DNA of 64,000 nt from Caecitellus pseudoparvulus (Eukaryota > Protista > Bigyra: Bicosoecida), in the NCBI GenBank assembly GCA_965644315.1, contig CBFFRQ010000057.1, forward strand, positions 124,001 through 188,000. The letters run 5' to 3'. Both the position numbers and the translations under genes were made by a program. The notes under the pieces are model-generated. The model was given only the letters and a program-made list of their open reading frames with translations. It searched no databases and had not been told where the DNA came from. Within the stretch, counting starts at the first letter, position 1; the number at the start of each line of letters is the position of its first letter. Positions 54,901 through 64,000 of this stretch are shown piece by piece.

Positions 54901-57900
54901 CTGGCTGCCTCGACTTCGCCCGCAGCTGCAAGCAGCTGTCGCCACTGACTGCGCAGCATGGCCACATCTGGGACAAGGTGTTGCAGGGGCAGGGCATGGC
55001 CAGGAGCGTGCATGTACTCGTCTGCAGCAGCACGTGCCCCCTCTGTGCCACCCACATCGGGAGACTGCCCCTCCACCACGCGAGTGAATGTCGTCCTCTG
55101 CCCCTGCATGAGAGAGGGCTCAAAGCCAGCGTTGTCTTCGGGTGGGATCAAGGTGTTTACCGGGTCTGGGTGCAAGGCATCCGCTGGCAAATACTTGTTC
55201 AGCGCTGCCTCCGAAAAAGCCCCACACACTCCAACAGCTGCAGCCGCGACGTGCAGTGCAGAGCGCGCGCAGGGGGCTGCTTCGGGGGATTCCCTCACCA
55301 GGGGCGCAAACACAGGCATATCCAACGCACGGGGCGCTGCGGGCGGGTGGTGGGCTGCGATGGCACTGGGCACCCACGCATCAAGCAACTCAGCGACTGG
55401 TGGCACTGCCGCGGCAGATTGAGTCGAGGCGGTGATGCCAGCAGAGGTCAGGAACACTTCGTTGCCGCACTTTCCACCCTCACCTCCGGCTGTGTCATCA
55501 TGCCGCACTGCCGCCTCAGGCTGCATCCAGGCTTGGAGTGCAGCATGAGCGGAGGCAGCTGCAGCCGCACCGAGCTCCGCCACGCCACACTGAGTCGGCG
55601 CACTGCGCGAGAAAGCCGGCTCCGCCTCCTCACTCGTGACTGGGACCCTGCCTCCGTGTGGCAGAGGAAGAGATGCATCCTCTGGTGGTTCCATGGCGTA
55701 GAAATGGGATGGTGTGTGCAAATGCCTGGCGCCGCCGGCCCACAGACCCTGCAGGCGCAGCGACATGCTGTGACAGGCGCCTGCGTCGGTGGCAAAGACT
55801 TCCGCGGAAGAAGCGGTGCTCGCGGGGGGGCGCCGTCCTCGGCCACACATTTGGTCATTTCTGGGCGAGCCACTTGCGGCGCGGGTGGGGCCCTGGGCTG
55901 CCACCGGGAGGAGGGATCTCCCAACTCCGGCAGTGTGCCACCCTACAATGGGCCCTCGCACTGCGGCAAAATTGGACGAGAACTGATCTGGCGTCCGTCC
56001 AGCTGCATGCTCCAGGGCAAGGCGCAAGGTGATGTGGGCCGCTGCGGGTGTCACTGGCGCCAGCAACACCCATGGAGAGGGGGGCAGCCCCACCTCCCCC
56101 ACCCCGAGCGGCGCCCCGCGCACAGCGGGCTCGGGAGCACCCGGCGGTAGCAAGCTGGCGATGTGCCCTGCCAGACGCTGACGGAAGGCTTTGGAGTGGC
56201 TGACTAGTCCGATGGAGGTGGGAATGTCCTTGGGCTGGCGTGCAGCCGCCACTGGGTCGAAGGCCGTCTCTGATTGCTCGCCGCTGCCGCCCTGCAGATC
56301 GGCAAACACGCCCGTACTTGGCATTTCCCCGGTCACAGCGACATACTTGACGGCTTGGCTGACGAACTCCTCCGCATCGCCTCGGCACAGGGTGGCTACG
56401 CGCCTGGCCTGCGCGGCAGCTTGTTTGCGCAGGATGGAGTAGGCGGCGGAGTGGGGGATGATGGGCGCTGCCACGACATGCCGCAGCATCCACGGCGTGC
56501 TGCCACCCACCACGCGCTCCTGCTGCGAGGCAGGGGATGTGGTGGGGAAGCCTGTGGCGCCACCCTGCCCCCCCCGCTGCGCGGGAATGGGCCTTCCGTC
56601 AACCGATGGCGTGGCGCGACTGCCTCTCGCAGAGACGTCAATGTATGGGAGACCGACAGCTTTCCAGATGCTGCGGACGGAGGGGAACTGGGCAGCCACT
56701 TCTACAAGGCTGCGTTGTGCTCGCTTGACAGCTCGATGCAGCGCTCGTTGTGCCAGGGGCCACGGGTAGATGAACTGTCCTGTGGCCGTGGTGAGCACAC
56801 CCGCGGCGCCCGTAGCTGCAACTGATCGTGGGGACCCCATGACGCCCGTGTGTGGAGTGTCCAGCGGCTGCCGCTGCGGGCTGTGGGGGGCACCAGCCCT
56901 GAACCCCGTGGCCCCGGGGCTCGTCGCCACCTGCAGTTGGGGCCTCCTCGTGGAGGCCGGCGAGGCAGCATCAGCAGGGCCACGGTGGGGCCTGCTCGGT
57001 GAGATGGTGCGGCCCGCAGATTGGCGAGCTGAGGGAGAAGGGGGGCCGGAGGGACCTGTTGCTGCGTTGGGGCGGCGGTGGGGGGACACAGCTCCCATGG
57101 CCAGTGTCGCTAGGCGGGCAGCAGAGAGCCGGCGCTGCTTTCTGTACAGCGCCGCAGAAGTGGGTCGGCCTGCAGACCAGAAGCGCTCAGCAGTGCTCAG
57201 CGGTGTGGGGCCTGGGGGGTCTGGAGTCGGCACGTGCGCCTTGGGATGCCTGTGGGTCACCGCCACCCACCAGTGCACATAGGCTTGCAGCACCTGCGTC
57301 GTCAGGACCTGCACTTGTTGAGCAAGGCACACAGCTGACTGCATGCTGGGGTGCACATGTTCCAAGGGTGCGGGGGGGTCTGGCGGTGCTGCCCGGCCCT
57401 CCTCCTCTTCGCTGTCGGACCAGTACACCAGAGGAGTCGTCTCGTGCAGCGGGTCCAGCGGCACGGAGTGCACTTGAGGGCGATGCCCAGGGACAGCGAC
57501 GCCACCAGAGACGGGGATGTGTGCGCTGGCGCCTGCCTTGGGCCGGGTGGTAGTGCCCTGCGACTGGGACAGCCGCGCCGCCACGGCTCGCCGACCAGCC
57601 GCAGCAGCATTGGCGGTGACACCCACCGCCTGCAGCTCGCTCAGCGTGGCATAGAGTGTAGGGTGTGCACGCTTGTGTCTGGACTTGAGCAGGCGCCGCT
57701 GTGTGCGAGGGTGCGCCATCCAGGGAAAGGAGGCGATGGACGTGGCAACGGCGGGATCGGCCCCGGCGTCCACCCCACCTTCTCCCCCCCCACTGCGCAT
57801 GCAGAAGGGGGGCATGGACTGTAACAGCCGCCTGCGGGCAGCTCGCCACAGGCGCACCCCCCAGGAAACGCCATAGGTGCTGCTGGCTGTCGCAGCATCT

Positions 57901-60493
57901 CCGCTGCTCTGCCCACGGAGGAACGTCTGCTGTTGCTGCCACAACAAGCCCCCCGGGCGCCGGGCATGCCGCAACTCCGGCAAGAAATGCACGACATACG
58001 GCTCCCATCGGCCAAGATCGGACACGAGGGCATGCAAGGCAACTGATGACGTCTCATTCAGCCCTGGCGGCACTTCTCCCTGGATGCCGTAGGGGTTCTC
58101 GTCGGCCCCGTTCGTCGACTCAGCTCTCGAGGTCGATGGGGTGGGTGCAAACGTCACCTTGCCACCAGCCCCAGAGTGTGGGGGCGAGAAGAGTGCTGAT
58201 TTTTGAGACGAGCGGACCGTGGGAGAAGGTGGCACCACCAGGGGCTTACGACCACGCGCCCGTGCAGCTTGCTTCACTCGCGCGACGGCAGCATCAGCGT
58301 GTTGGCGTTGTCGCAGGCTGGCCGCCTTGAGAGCAGCTGCGTGCTCTGCTGCCTCAGATTGTGCCGTGGCAGCAGCAGTGAGGAGCCACTTGTGCGCCCG
58401 GCTGACAGCGCCGGTCACGCCAATGTACCCCGCATGCCGGCGCCACAGCACGCAGAGGCGAATGGAGACAAGGGATGCAGCGAGAGACTCCATGGCGATA
58501 GCAACTTTATGGTAGTAGGCACTGGTGATGGTGGCGGAGACAGAGGCAGTCAGCGCCTTCTCAGCGAGACTCCGCAGGGGTCGCGACATGCCCCGTGGCA
58601 CCATGATGCTGAGGCCGGCATCGTGGCAGCCCATGGCAGGCAGAGAAGGCCCCGTCAAATGCACTGTTGCAGGTGCTCCGCTCGGTGACGCCCCAGCCCA
58701 CGCTAGCAGCCCCTGCATGGCGCGCGGCACATCAGCCGGCGTAGTGCCGCTGCCTGGCACGGCAATGGCTGCAGTGGGGGTGAGCATGGCTTGTGCACGG
58801 GCGTGCCGGGCAATCCACACGGCAAGACAGTGCAGGCGGGCTAGGTGCCCTCGCACCGCGCGCTGGATGGCGCAGGCCGCTCGGGTGTGCCGCACGAGGC
58901 TACGGCGTGCGCGGAATGCCCGCTGAACCAGGCGCACACCTGCTGTCATGCGCATATGCTGCATGTCCTGCGCCAACTCATGCATGCCGGCAGACTTGAG
59001 CCATGCACGCACATCACGGTTCATGCGTGTGCGCCACAGATACCTGCGAACGCCCCGTTGCACTGCGATGATGGCTGGCACGGCTGCGATGATCCAGCTG
59101 GGTGCTGAGGCAGGGCCGAGTCGCAAAGAGTCCTTGGACACCTGCTGCTGCACCCCCTCAGGCTGGGTGAACACCAAGGCACCACCCGAGGAATGCACAC
59201 TGCTGGCCGCAGACAAGCCCGTCATGTCCCGCTCGGGCGAGGCATATGCCGGGGCGCTGGGCTGTTCCGCGTCTGAGCGGTGCAGGAGGGCTACGTTGGG
59301 GGGCAAACCACTGGCATCCACTTCCCCCGCATACTTCTCACACAGCCACTTCACTTCCAGCACTGTCACGCCAATGTGGGCATGGGCTGGCGCCCCCTCG
59401 TCAAACTGGGGTGGAGGCACAGACAGGGAATCTGTCAGAGGCGCAAGTGAGTAGGAGCGCAGGTCACCTCGCAGTGACATGGTGCGTGAAGCCTCCACGC
59501 CTGCTTTGTCTACGGCAGCTCCTGCCTGGGCTTGAAGCATGGAGGATGCTACCTCTCCTGGTGCTGCTGCCGGGTCAATCCTCGGCGCCAAGTCTGCTCC
59601 GCTCTCTACAGCCGCCATGCTGGACATGACGTGGTCTATCGGGCGCTCTGCCGGCACTACCAAGTGGTTATCAAGGCAGATGACGCTGGATGGCAGGTGC
59701 TCCAGCACACTGCGCCGGTACGCAGCGGCGTCTTGCAGCGTCACAGCAGGGAGCGGGGTGGGAAGGCGGAGCGGCACAGTTGTGCTACCAGGCGCTGGAA
59801 TGCCTTCATCTCCCACCCGAGGCAGGCCTGGAACAGGGATGCGATGTAGAGGCCACTGTGCGGCTGCCATGCGCCGGCCTGCCTCTCCAGAGCCAACGTC
59901 TGCTGCTCCTGACGCAGCTGCCGTGGCTGCCCACTCCGCAGCAATGGCGCCCTGCACACGCCGCTTGTAAGGCAGGAAGCAGAGGGGATTGTTGAACAAG
60001 GTCACTCGGCGCAGATGTGGAAGGGCTACGAGTGGCGCGACATCCGCAGGACTGCTAAGCGCGTTGCCGTGAAGGTAGACCACTGTGAGGAATGGCAGCT
60101 CTGGCCAAGCAGGCGGCGTATGCCCGACGCCAGTACTTGATGGCGCGTGCAGTTCCAAGGATGACAAGCCATTGTACGCCAGATCCTGGTCGGGCAAGGG
60201 CGCATCAAGGGGTGCAGGGCGGGCAGGACGCCGGGCAGGTCCACAGGTCGCCGCGACGGAGCAGCGAAACGCACAAGTTTGACCAGATTTTTGCACGCTG
60301 AGACCACACTTCGCAGCAGATCTGCCGAGGAAGACAAGAGGTAGTTGTTATGGGCAAATAGGACCTCAGTTACATCGCCCAGCGATTCCCTGAAGGCTCG
60401 CACAGCCCGATCTTGCTGTCCGGGCGTTTGGCCAGGAGGCTGGCTCACATCGGCAGCCAGCACCACCTGCCTGGCTTCCCCATCAGAGTCCAT
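48996..60493 (-). CDS. Giant (~3800 aa) LRR plus IQ-motif protein, LRRIQ3-like N-terminus
   Basis: Exon 1 60275-60493, intron 60186-60274, then an 11.2-kb exon. The N-terminus reads ACKNLVKLDLAYNGLSSL...LTVVYLHGN...LRRVTLFNNPL...YRRSVLEHL...LDNHLV (LRR plus LRRcap). IQ motifs include AVQRGVRRY, LVQRAFRAR, AIQRAVRGH, AIQAAWRSH and AIQRAFRAR. Confidence 0.8.
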
Positions 60494-60852
60494 GGCGTGG
60501 TTGGGCAGGCCTTCACACCATGCAGAGCTCTTGTTAGAAGCCCTCACGTTTCCTGGGCCAGTTAGCAAGTGGCTTGCTGCACGCAATCTGCAGCAGCCTG
60601 CTTTGCGAGATTTGTTGCCTCGCGATGCCTGCCCTGTGCACTTCAGCAGCTTCCACGCGGCCAACGCCGCTGTGCCGGGCCAGGACGGCAAAACGCGCCC
60701 ACCCACACGACGCCGCCAACTTTCTGCTGGAAGCTGCGCCTCGATCCCGCGCATGTTAGTGGCGTGCACGCCTTGCCTCCGCAGCTGGACCCAGGCTTTG
60801 TCTGGGCTGCCCTGTGCCAGGATTTTCGACGGAGTACGGGGCGGCCTCCAGC

Positions 60853-63651
60853 ATGCCCAGCAAGCGCCAGCCAGCTCCCAAGGCATGGTGGGATACAGGG
60901 ATCACAGAGCGCATCAAGAAGAAGCGCAAGGCCAAGACTGCTGCGCGGGCCGCGCTGGCCGAGCTGGAAGGTGCGACAGCACCGCTTTTGCCCGGCCAGC
61001 CGCCCATCGACACGGAGTGGAGAAAGGACATGCACCGTGCCAGTTACGTGATGGTGCTGGAGAATTCGGACGGCTCCAAGGCGTGGATGCAGGAAGAGTT
61101 TGTGCCGCGTCTGCTCATGGCAGGCCTGCGCTGCGCAGCCCACGAAAGCAGCTGTCGCACCAGGGTGAGGGCTGCGGAAATCGGCGCCGCACGACACGAG
61201 CTTCATACACACCTCGCCCATGTTCAGGTTTTCTTGCATGTCTTCGCGTCAGCCTCTCGACTGCTGTATGAAGCCGACCTGCGAAATACGTACCTCAAGC
61301 TGTCCCCGCAAGAGCTCCGGCAGGCCGACATCAAGGCTAATGCTGCCTTGCAAGCCGCTGGCCTTCAGTTCAATCCTGAGCCACAGCCGAAGGCCTTGGA
61401 AGAGGAGGAGTTGGCCATTCCCACTGCCCCGGGGGGGGCTGCCCTTGACCCCTATGAGTACATATACGCGCCCTATCACAGCTCGGTCCCGAGCCAGCTG
61501 TGGGACAGGGACCCAGACACGCAAGCCATCCTGTCCAACACGCAGGCGCTGACCCTCCTGAAGATCATCATAGAAGGGCCCACTGGGGAGGGGGGGGCTG
61601 GGTGGAACCTTGGGCGGCTCATGGTGGGGGACAAGAAGCGCCTGCTCAAGTACTTCCCCGCCAAGTTTGCCTCCAGCTATGCAGACTTGTACGAGAAGTG
61701 GTACCGGTGGTGCACAGTGCCATGGTGGGCGCCTGTGGATGACATTAAAGCTGTCATGGGCGCTGAAATTGCCATGTACTTCGCGTTTGTGGGGTTCCTC
61801 ACGAAGAGCCTCATTGTCCCGGGCATTGTCGGGCTGGCCACGTTCGTGTACCAGTACGCAACGGGCACGGTGACATCGCTCACGTGGCTGCCAGTGCTTG
61901 GTTTGGTCATGGCTGTGTGGTGCACGGTGCTTACCGAGCTGTGGAAGCGAGAGCAAAACATGCTCGCGTTGCGGTGGGGCACCCTGCACTTTGAGCGCAC
62001 GGAGGTGCTGCGGCCGGAGTACATGGCGAGTGCAGAGGTGAGCAAGAAACGAAGCTTGATCACGGGAAAGCCGACGTTCTTCACTGACCCCGCCATCGCA
62101 CGGCTGAAGAACTCTGTGTCCCTCCTTGCCGTCACAGCCTCCGCTGGGCTCATCATCATAGTTGTCTTGTCGGTGTTTGTGACTCGTGGCCTGCTGGCGA
62201 GAGCAGAAGTGGCAGCGCACCTCCCAGCACACTCCTCTTCCACAATTTCCTCTTTCATCAACGCCCTCATCATTCAAATTGCCGGCTTTCTCTATAAACG
62301 CATGGCGGGCATGCTGACGGACTGGGAGAACCATCCGACAGAGTCCGCGTACATGGACTCACTGATCCTGAAGCGAGTCGTGTTCGACTTCGTGAACAAC
62401 TTCTTCCCTCTCTTCTTCATCATCGCGAAGTCGTTTGACTCCTTCAAGCTCCTGGGCGCAGACGTCACGTGCAAGAGTGCCTACTTGCACACTGGCTCCC
62501 CGTGCCTGTCGGAGCTGCAGACATCTGTCCTCATCATCTTCATCACACGCCTGACTGTCGGCAACATCACAGAGCTCCTCCTTCCATGTCTCATGCGGTC
62601 TGTCACTTCCTGTCGCAGGAAGTGTGCCTCAACACCCAAGAACTTGCCGGTCACGCCAGGTGGTCGCTTGGCAGGCGTCGTGTCAGCGGCTGAAGAGGAC
62701 GCGGACTTGGACAGCGAGGCAGTTCTGGAGGAGTACTTGGAAGTACTCATTACGTTTGCCTTTGCCGCGCTGTTCATGACTGCTTTCCCTCTTGCCCCCA
62801 TCATCGCCGCCCTGGCCTTCTACGTCGAGATGCGCGTGGACGCCTTCAAATTGCTGAAGGGCTCCACTCGCCCGGAGCCTCGTGCGGCGCAAGATATCGG
62901 CTCGTGGCTGCTGTGCTTCGAACTCATCGGCATCATCTGCGTGATCACGAACTTCATGATCGTTGTCTTTGTTGCAGACGAGTTCTTCGGGGTGCATGAC
63001 CGGTACGCAAAGCTGGTGCTGTTCATTGTGCTGCAGTACGGCGTGTTTGCCGTGAAACTCATCATTGCTGCAGCAGTGCCTGACCAGCCATCGCAAGTGG
63101 CCCTGCAGCAAGAGCGAGGGGAGTACCTGGTGGGGAAGCACCTGGACGGCATCCCCGATGAAATCACGTCAGTGGCTGCACTGCAGGCTGCGGAGGATGA
63201 AAACACCGGTGCCTCAGACGGTGTCGCCGGCTCTGGCCAGGCTGCTGCAGCCAAGGCAGACTCCGGCGCAGATCCACGCACTGGCACGGCACTGTACAAC
63301 CAGCGGCTGGCTGACGTGGTGACAAAGGTGGATGCAGCTTGGCGCGTGGGGGGCGATGAGGACTCCATGGTGCCCTCGCCTGACATGTGGGGCCAGGGAA
63401 CGCAGCGCCTGCGGCGGCTGCGGCCCTCCGACGCCTCCACCATTGACACAGAGGACTCCATGAGCTACATCAGCACAGCCAGTGGAACAGGGGGCATCCT
63501 CCTTACCCGGCGAAAGGGTGCCCAGGGCGATTCCAAGGCTCAACCAGCTGCGGCGGCGTCTCCCGAGCAGCCTCTGACGCAGGCCTCCAGTGCCCGGGCG
63601 TATGGAACCATCAACGGCTCGCAGCGCGGGGGCAGCTCGTCAAGCTCTTGA
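60853..63651 (+). CDS. Anoctamin/TMEM16 Ca2+-activated scramblase/channel
   Basis: IKAVMGAEIAMYFAF, ELWKREQ...WG, LTDWENH.T...DSLILK, NITE, EYLE...F..AFPLAP...EMRVDAFKL and RP...AQDIG.W. Probable in-frame intron 61165-61227; start approximate. Confidence 0.93.
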   Translation: MPSKRQPAPKAWWDTGITERIKKKRKAKTAARAALAELEGATAPLLPGQPPIDTEWRKDMHRASYVMVLENSDGSKAWMQEEFVPRLLMAGLRCAAHESSCRTRVRAAEIGAARHELHTHLAHVQVFLHVFASASRLLYEADLRNTYLKLSPQELRQADIKANAALQAAGLQFNPEPQPKALEEEELAIPTAPGGAALDPYEYIYAPYHSSVPSQLWDRDPDTQAILSNTQALTLLKIIIEGPTGEGGAGWNLGRLMVGDKKRLLKYFPAKFASSYADLYEKWYRWCTVPWWAPVDDIKAVMGAEIAMYFAFVGFLTKSLIVPGIVGLATFVYQYATGTVTSLTWLPVLGLVMAVWCTVLTELWKREQNMLALRWGTLHFERTEVLRPEYMASAEVSKKRSLITGKPTFFTDPAIARLKNSVSLLAVTASAGLIIIVVLSVFVTRGLLARAEVAAHLPAHSSSTISSFINALIIQIAGFLYKRMAGMLTDWENHPTESAYMDSLILKRVVFDFVNNFFPLFFIIAKSFDSFKLLGADVTCKSAYLHTGSPCLSELQTSVLIIFITRLTVGNITELLLPCLMRSVTSCRRKCASTPKNLPVTPGGRLAGVVSAAEEDADLDSEAVLEEYLEVLITFAFAALFMTAFPLAPIIAALAFYVEMRVDAFKLLKGSTRPEPRAAQDIGSWLLCFELIGIICVITNFMIVVFVADEFFGVHDRYAKLVLFIVLQYGVFAVKLIIAAAVPDQPSQVALQQERGEYLVGKHLDGIPDEITSVAALQAAEDENTGASDGVAGSGQAAAAKADSGADPRTGTALYNQRLADVVTKVDAAWRVGGDEDSMVPSPDMWGQGTQRLRRLRPSDASTIDTEDSMSYISTASGTGGILLTRRKGAQGDSKAQPAAAASPEQPLTQASSARAYGTINGSQRGGSSSSS

Positions 63652-63693
63652 ATGTGTTGAATTGTTTAGCGTCCATTCACTTGTCTGGGCGCA

Positions 63694-64000
63694 CTAGAAT
63701 CCTTCCAGGCCGAAGTGCCTTCGCTTGCTGCCTGCCTTGCTTACATCCTGCACCGCCGCCGCCCCCGCCGCTGCCGGAGCAGGACTCGGTGCGGGCGAGG
63801 AAGCAGGTGTTGGCTCGATCTTCGGGGCGTGTGTCGGGGCTGCTGTCACTTCCGTCGCCGTTTTGTGCGGGGCTGAGGAGGCTGGCAAGGCAGCCGTGGG
63901 CGCAGGGACGAGGCCCGAGGCAGCTCCCAAGTGCAACCCGGCGTCAGCGCCCACCTCCGGCAGTGTGGCAGGCTGTGATGCAAGGGCGGGGAGAGCGCCT
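63694..64000 (-). CDS. 3' end of an unidentified gene (low-complexity Ala/Pro tail), partial
   Basis: Open minus frame ending ...KAGSKRRHFGLEGF* at 63694, convergent with the anoctamin across a 42-bp gap like the other gene pairs. Confidence 0.5.
   Translation of the reverse strand, partial: GALPALASQPATLPEVGADAGLHLGAASGLVPAPTAALPASSAPHKTATEVTAAPTHAPKIEPTPASSPAPSPAPAAAGAAAVQDVSKAGSKRRHFGLEGF

Noticed and set aside
1-64000. Prokaryotic origin, endogenous virus/virophage insertion or non-standard genetic code
   Set aside because: Spliceosomal introns and ciliary genes occur throughout. There are no capsid, integrase or polymerase ORFs and no long AT-rich insert. Conserved proteins translate cleanly and end at TGA, TAG or TAA.

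Overview
Compact, very GC-rich eukaryotic nuclear DNA from a flagellated protist. A stramenopile-like heterotroph is my inference from gene content and style, not something the sequence proves. The window holds about 19 tightly packed protein-coding genes with short GT-AG introns (about 62-165 nt, mostly GTG(A/C)G donors and CAG acceptors) concentrated near the 5' ends. In order: Nma111/HtrA protease, a MYCBPAP fused to a catalytically dead PGK fold, CFAP144/FAM183, a Dpy-30-motif protein with a 31 x 24-bp repeat, a p25alpha-like protein, THADA/Trm732, an ENT nucleoside transporter, CEP104, a ZNF511-like protein, a degenerate membrane histidine-kinase-like protein, IFT52, AP-3 mu, an orphan ORF, a TEY MAP kinase, CYB5D1, an ASH/Ig-RhoGAP, a giant LRRIQ3-like protein, an anoctamin and a partial last gene. 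I found no rRNA, tRNA, CRISPR array or recognisable mobile element. The most notable unannotated signal is a (C/G)AATGCA motif just downstream of most stop codons, built as a palindrome between convergent genes. It is a candidate non-canonical, bidirectional polyadenylation signal. All family assignments come from motif recognition by eye and no database searches were run.
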